In this document: piece after piece, positions 48,818 through 52,114 of the stretch
Position numbering within the stretch: the first letter of the stretch is position 1
How the letters are laid out: each line of letters opens with the position of its first letter
Source of the DNA: Catajapyx aquilonaris
Lineage: Eukaryota
DNA length: 52,114 nt
Assembly: GCA_000934665.2 (NCBI GenBank)
Contig: KZ538709.1
Span: 1-52,114 of the forward strand
Reading direction: 5' to 3'
Made by a program: the position numbers and the translations under genes
Notes under the pieces: generated by a model
What the model was told of the DNA's origin: nothing
Databases searched by the model: none
What the model saw: only the letters and a program-made list of their open reading frames with translations

Positions 48818-49355
48818 CAGGGTGTTTCTTACTAGTAGGTCAAGCCGCAAGTGGCACATTCCTTGGCCCAAACCAAGTCTATAATGTAGGGGGGAGAAAT
48901 GTCGAGGGACCAACCTGTAACGAGGTAGACGACCGGAAACATTGCCCTACCCCTAGACTCATGCTGCAACACACATGATGCCTCTTTGTAGGGAGATCTC
49001 CTGGCAGGTGGACTCGCGCACCTTACCGGAGTTGCCTATAGAGAGCGGGATATGAGCGTGATAATCATGACTGATAGTAGTTTGCGATATCGCTTCTTTT
49101 GCAGAAGTGATTATCTCGCTCATATCCCGCTCTCTAGGCATCTCCTGCAAGGTGTGCGAATCCACCTGCCAGGAGATCTCCCTACAAAGAGGTGTCGTGT
49201 GTGTTGCCGCCTGTGTCTAGGGGTAGGGCAACATTTCTGGTCGTCTACCTCTGTACAGGTTGGTTCCTCGACACTTCTCCCCCCTGCATTTTAGACTTGG
49301 TTTGGCCCAAGGAATATGCCACTTGCAGCTTGACCTACTAGTAAGAAACACCCTG
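48818..49355. mobile_element. Tc1/mariner-type fold-back MITE
   Basis: TA|CAGGGTGTTTCTTACTAGTAGGTCAAGC..GCTTGACCTACTAGTAAGAAACACCCTG|TA; arms pair almost to the centre. Confidence 0.9.
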
Positions 49356-49381
49356 TATGTGATTCTTCAATATACCATATA

Positions 49382-49591
49382 CAGGGTGTCTAAACTTTTT
49401 TGTCCGAACAATTACTGGAAATATTGCACTATGCTGCTTATTTTTTAGCAGTGACTTGCAACCAGTGATGCTTCCCTGGCTTTATCAGTTGAGGGATGTG
49501 CTAGGAATGTTGGGGCATATTCTGGCTACATAGCTAGAAGATACATAAGCTTTTCCGATAACTGTGTGGACAAAAAAGTTGAGACACCCTG
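49382..49591. mobile_element. Tc1/mariner-type MITE
   Basis: TA|CAGGGTGTCTAAACTTTTTTGTCC..GGACAAAAAAGTTGAGACACCCTG|TA. Confidence 0.8.
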
Positions 49592-49627
49592 TATATTAAT
49601 TTACAATAATTTTTTTTGCCACAAATA

Positions 49628-51451
49628 CAGGGACCTTACATGTCAGCATACAGTATAGACATACATTACACAGCGCAACAAAAAAAAACTTTCGGCGTGT
49701 TATTCGGAAACCACTATGCACATCATGTTAGTAGGACCCGAAGTAGCTGGGAAACGCCCGGGATTTCTCTCCCAAAATCTGCAGTGGGTCAGGGTGACCA
49801 AAAATGCGAAAAAATCAAAATATTGACGTTTTTTGGCCTATTTCCAGGTCTGGCAACCACTGTAAGTTTCGGATTTTGTTTTTGCTGGCATTGGGTGTTA
49901 CCTGGGTCTAGTCTGAAGCCACTATGGTGTTTAAAGTCAATCTTTTATAGAAACTGTGGTTTTCCAGGGTCCTTTTTATGGAAAAAATTCCGTTTTTTGG
50001 TACTTTTTCGTCAATTTTTTGGGAACAGTGTATGGACTTTTTTTTAAAAAAAGTGTAGCGTAATGGGCTCTTTAGAGACCCTACAATCAAGGAGTAATAG
50101 TAGAACTTTCCTATGCAACCCTAGTACGCGTGTGCAAAAGCCTAATCTTGGGTAAAATCGCGTTTTTTCGCATTTTTGGTGATTTGACTTTTTTCAACAT
50201 TTAAAACCAAATATTCCTCGGCTATAAAATATATGAATTCTTCTTAGTCTATCAAACTGTCAGGGACCCCCATAGTATGGAAAAAGACTGCGATTTCCAT
50301 AAGCAACCCATGTACGCTTACGCGTACAAAAAAAATACACGCGTACATGGGTTGCTTATGGAAATCGCAGTCTTTTTCCATACTATGGGGGTCCCTGATA
50401 GTTTGTTAGACTCAGAAGAATTCATATATTTTAAAGCCGAGGAATATTTGGTTTTAAATGTTGAAAAAAGTCAAATCACCAAAAATGCGAAAAAACGCGA
50501 TTTTACCCAAGATTAGGCTTTTGCACACGCGTACTAGGGTTGCATAGGAAAGTTCTACTATTACTCCTTGATTGTAGGGTCTCTAAAGAGCCCATTGCGC
50601 TACACTTTTTTTAAAAAAAAGTCCATGCACTGTTCCCCAAAAATTGACGAAAAAGTACCAAAAATCGGATTTTTTTCCATAAAAAGGACCCTGGAAAACC
50701 ACAGTTTCTATAAAAGATTGACTTTAAACACCATAGTGGCTTCAGACCAGTCCCAGGTAACACCTAATGCCAGCAAAAACAAAATCCGAAACTTACAGTG
50801 GTTGCCAGACCTGTAAATAGGCCAAAAAACGTCAATATTTTAAATTTTTCGCATTTTTGGTCACCCTGACCCACTGCACATTTTGGGAGAGAAATCCCGG
50901 GCGTTTCCCAGCTACTTTGGGTCCTACTAACATGATGTGCATAGTGGTTTCCGAATAACACGCCGAAAGTTTTTTTTTGTTGCGCTGTGTTATCGATAGG
51001 ATCCTCCTAAAGGTGAATGAACTGGCACCACCGGTGTGGCAGCCTCTCCAGGCCCTCCAGCAACAAGCTTTTGAAGGTGTGGTGCACCCACTGCCAGACA
51101 ACTGCAACCCACTCAACAATGTCCTCAAAATGGCATTGGAAAATAGGTTTTTGTCATGGCTCCAAACAGGTGAAAGTCACTGGGGACCAGGTCAGGGAGT
51201 GCGGCAGGTGTGTGGGGTCAGGTTTAGACACTCACATAGGGCTGGAGGCAACGTATCATACCTCTACCAAATGGTATGCCTCGACCCGGTCTGGTTTCTG
51301 GTGGCTGTTGTCCGGAGTGGGTGCACCACCCCTCCAAAATACCATTCCTGGAGGGTCTAGAGAAGCTGCCACACCTGTGGCTCCAGTACATTCAGCTCCA
51401 TGAGGATTCTGTTGATAATGTGTGCCTATCTGCCGACCTGCAGGAGCCCTG
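49628..51451. mobile_element. Old mariner-derived fold-back element made of two transposase 3' ends, interrupted by the 49669-50989 insertion
   Basis: TA|CAGGG..CCCTG|TA; minus-strand remnants PDLVPSDFHLFGAM and WVHHTFKSLLLEGLERLPHRW; plus-strand WVHHPSKIPFLEGLEKLPHLW. Confidence 0.75.
49669..50989. mobile_element. 1,321-bp palindromic non-autonomous element with Chapaev3 (CMC)-type ends
   Basis: TTA|CACAGCGCAAC..GTTGCGCTGTG|TTA; 649-bp arms (49669-50317, 50341-50989) and 23-nt spacer. Confidence 0.88.
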
Positions 51452-51641
51452 TATTTGGGGGGGGGGGGGGGGGNGGGGGATTGCAAATAAAATAATATGG
51501 TATGTCCCTCGTAGTATTAGAGATATGTTGCCACTGCTGTTCATTTCAGCCCTTTCTCTCCTGCCTCCAATATAACAAGCTTATCAGACCAAAATGCACT
51601 TACAGATATTATATTAATGTCACCCTTGTTGATGATAATGT

Positions 51642-51854
51642 TCAGTGATGATCTGTTGCTTTCATAACTTTCAGGAATTCATCACATTCTCTGAGCACTT
51701 GTTGCATGTCTGCAAAAGCAGCACGTTGACATGCATCATCCACAGTCAGCCAGTCAAAGGCCTGATGCTCCTCCGACAGCACAACTGGAGCCAATGGGTC
51801 CATGAGTTCAGCAAGCCAATACACAACCAACTTCGGTCTTCCTCTCACTTCATA
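51642..51854 (-). CDS. NUDT2: Bis(5'-nucleosyl)-tetraphosphatase (asymmetrical Ap4A hydrolase), last coding exon
   Basis: Acceptor TACTTTTTTAG then YEVRGRPKLVVYWLAEL..LSEEHQAFDWLTVDDACQRAAFADMQQVL, matching the NUDT2 C-terminus (KPKTVIYWLAE..LSHEHQAYRWL). Confidence 0.92.
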   Translation of the reverse strand, partial: YEVRGRPKLVVYWLAELMDPLAPVVLSEEHQAFDWLTVDDACQRAAFADMQQVLRECDEFLKVMKATDHH

Positions 51855-52019
51855 CTAAAAAAGTACACATAATATTAGTTCTCTATATCACATGTCAAAA
51901 TGCCACTACTGTGGATGGGCAGCGAAAATCAAGGAGCTGAGGTATGGCTTCTATCCGCATTCTCAATGAACATTTGGAAGTCATTGTGATAACGAATTAC
52001 ACATGTGACCTCATAACTA

Positions 52020-52114
52020 CGAGGGGGAATCAAATGAAAACGATAATTATTTTTTTACTATTGTTCTACTATAATAATGATTGTGACAACTACACTATTT
52101 TTCCACATAGTCCC
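52020..52114. mobile_element. End of a mariner element in the NUDT2 intron, truncated by the window edge
   Basis: TA|CGAGGGGGAATCAAATGAAAAC followed by TATTTTTCCACATAGTC, typical mariner terminal sequence. Confidence 0.7.

Noticed and set aside
49616..50961. Mirror-image ORFs of 60-143 aa
   Set aside because: Artefacts of the palindrome; no start context or domain.

Overview
Eukaryotic, AT-rich, repeat-dense genomic DNA, most likely from an insect or other hexapod. That assignment is inferred from 55-61 nt GT-AG introns, an insect-like KXD1 sequence and a locust/termite-type SINE body. Host genes: the last three coding exons of a TMEM200/DUF2371-like gene (+, 5841-11211), a short C2H2 zinc-finger ORF with possibly decayed upstream exons (-, 27822-30387), a complete three-exon KXD1/BORCS4 gene (+, 31812-33849) and the last exon of NUDT2/Ap4A hydrolase (-, 51642-51854). 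Much of the rest is transposon-derived: a dead intron-containing Sola transposase, MITEs with Kolobok, Harbinger, hAT, Sola, piggyBac, Tc1/mariner and Chapaev3-type ends, a Helitron, two HINE/DINE-1-like copies and at least four tRNA-derived SINE families that appear to swap heads, bodies and tails. The most striking structures are nested fold-backs, including a 1,321-bp palindrome (649-bp arms, 23-nt spacer) inside an older mariner fold-back just downstream of NUDT2. No CRISPR array, rRNA or genuine tRNA gene was seen, and I cannot claim a new biological system. All family names come from motif recall, not database searches.
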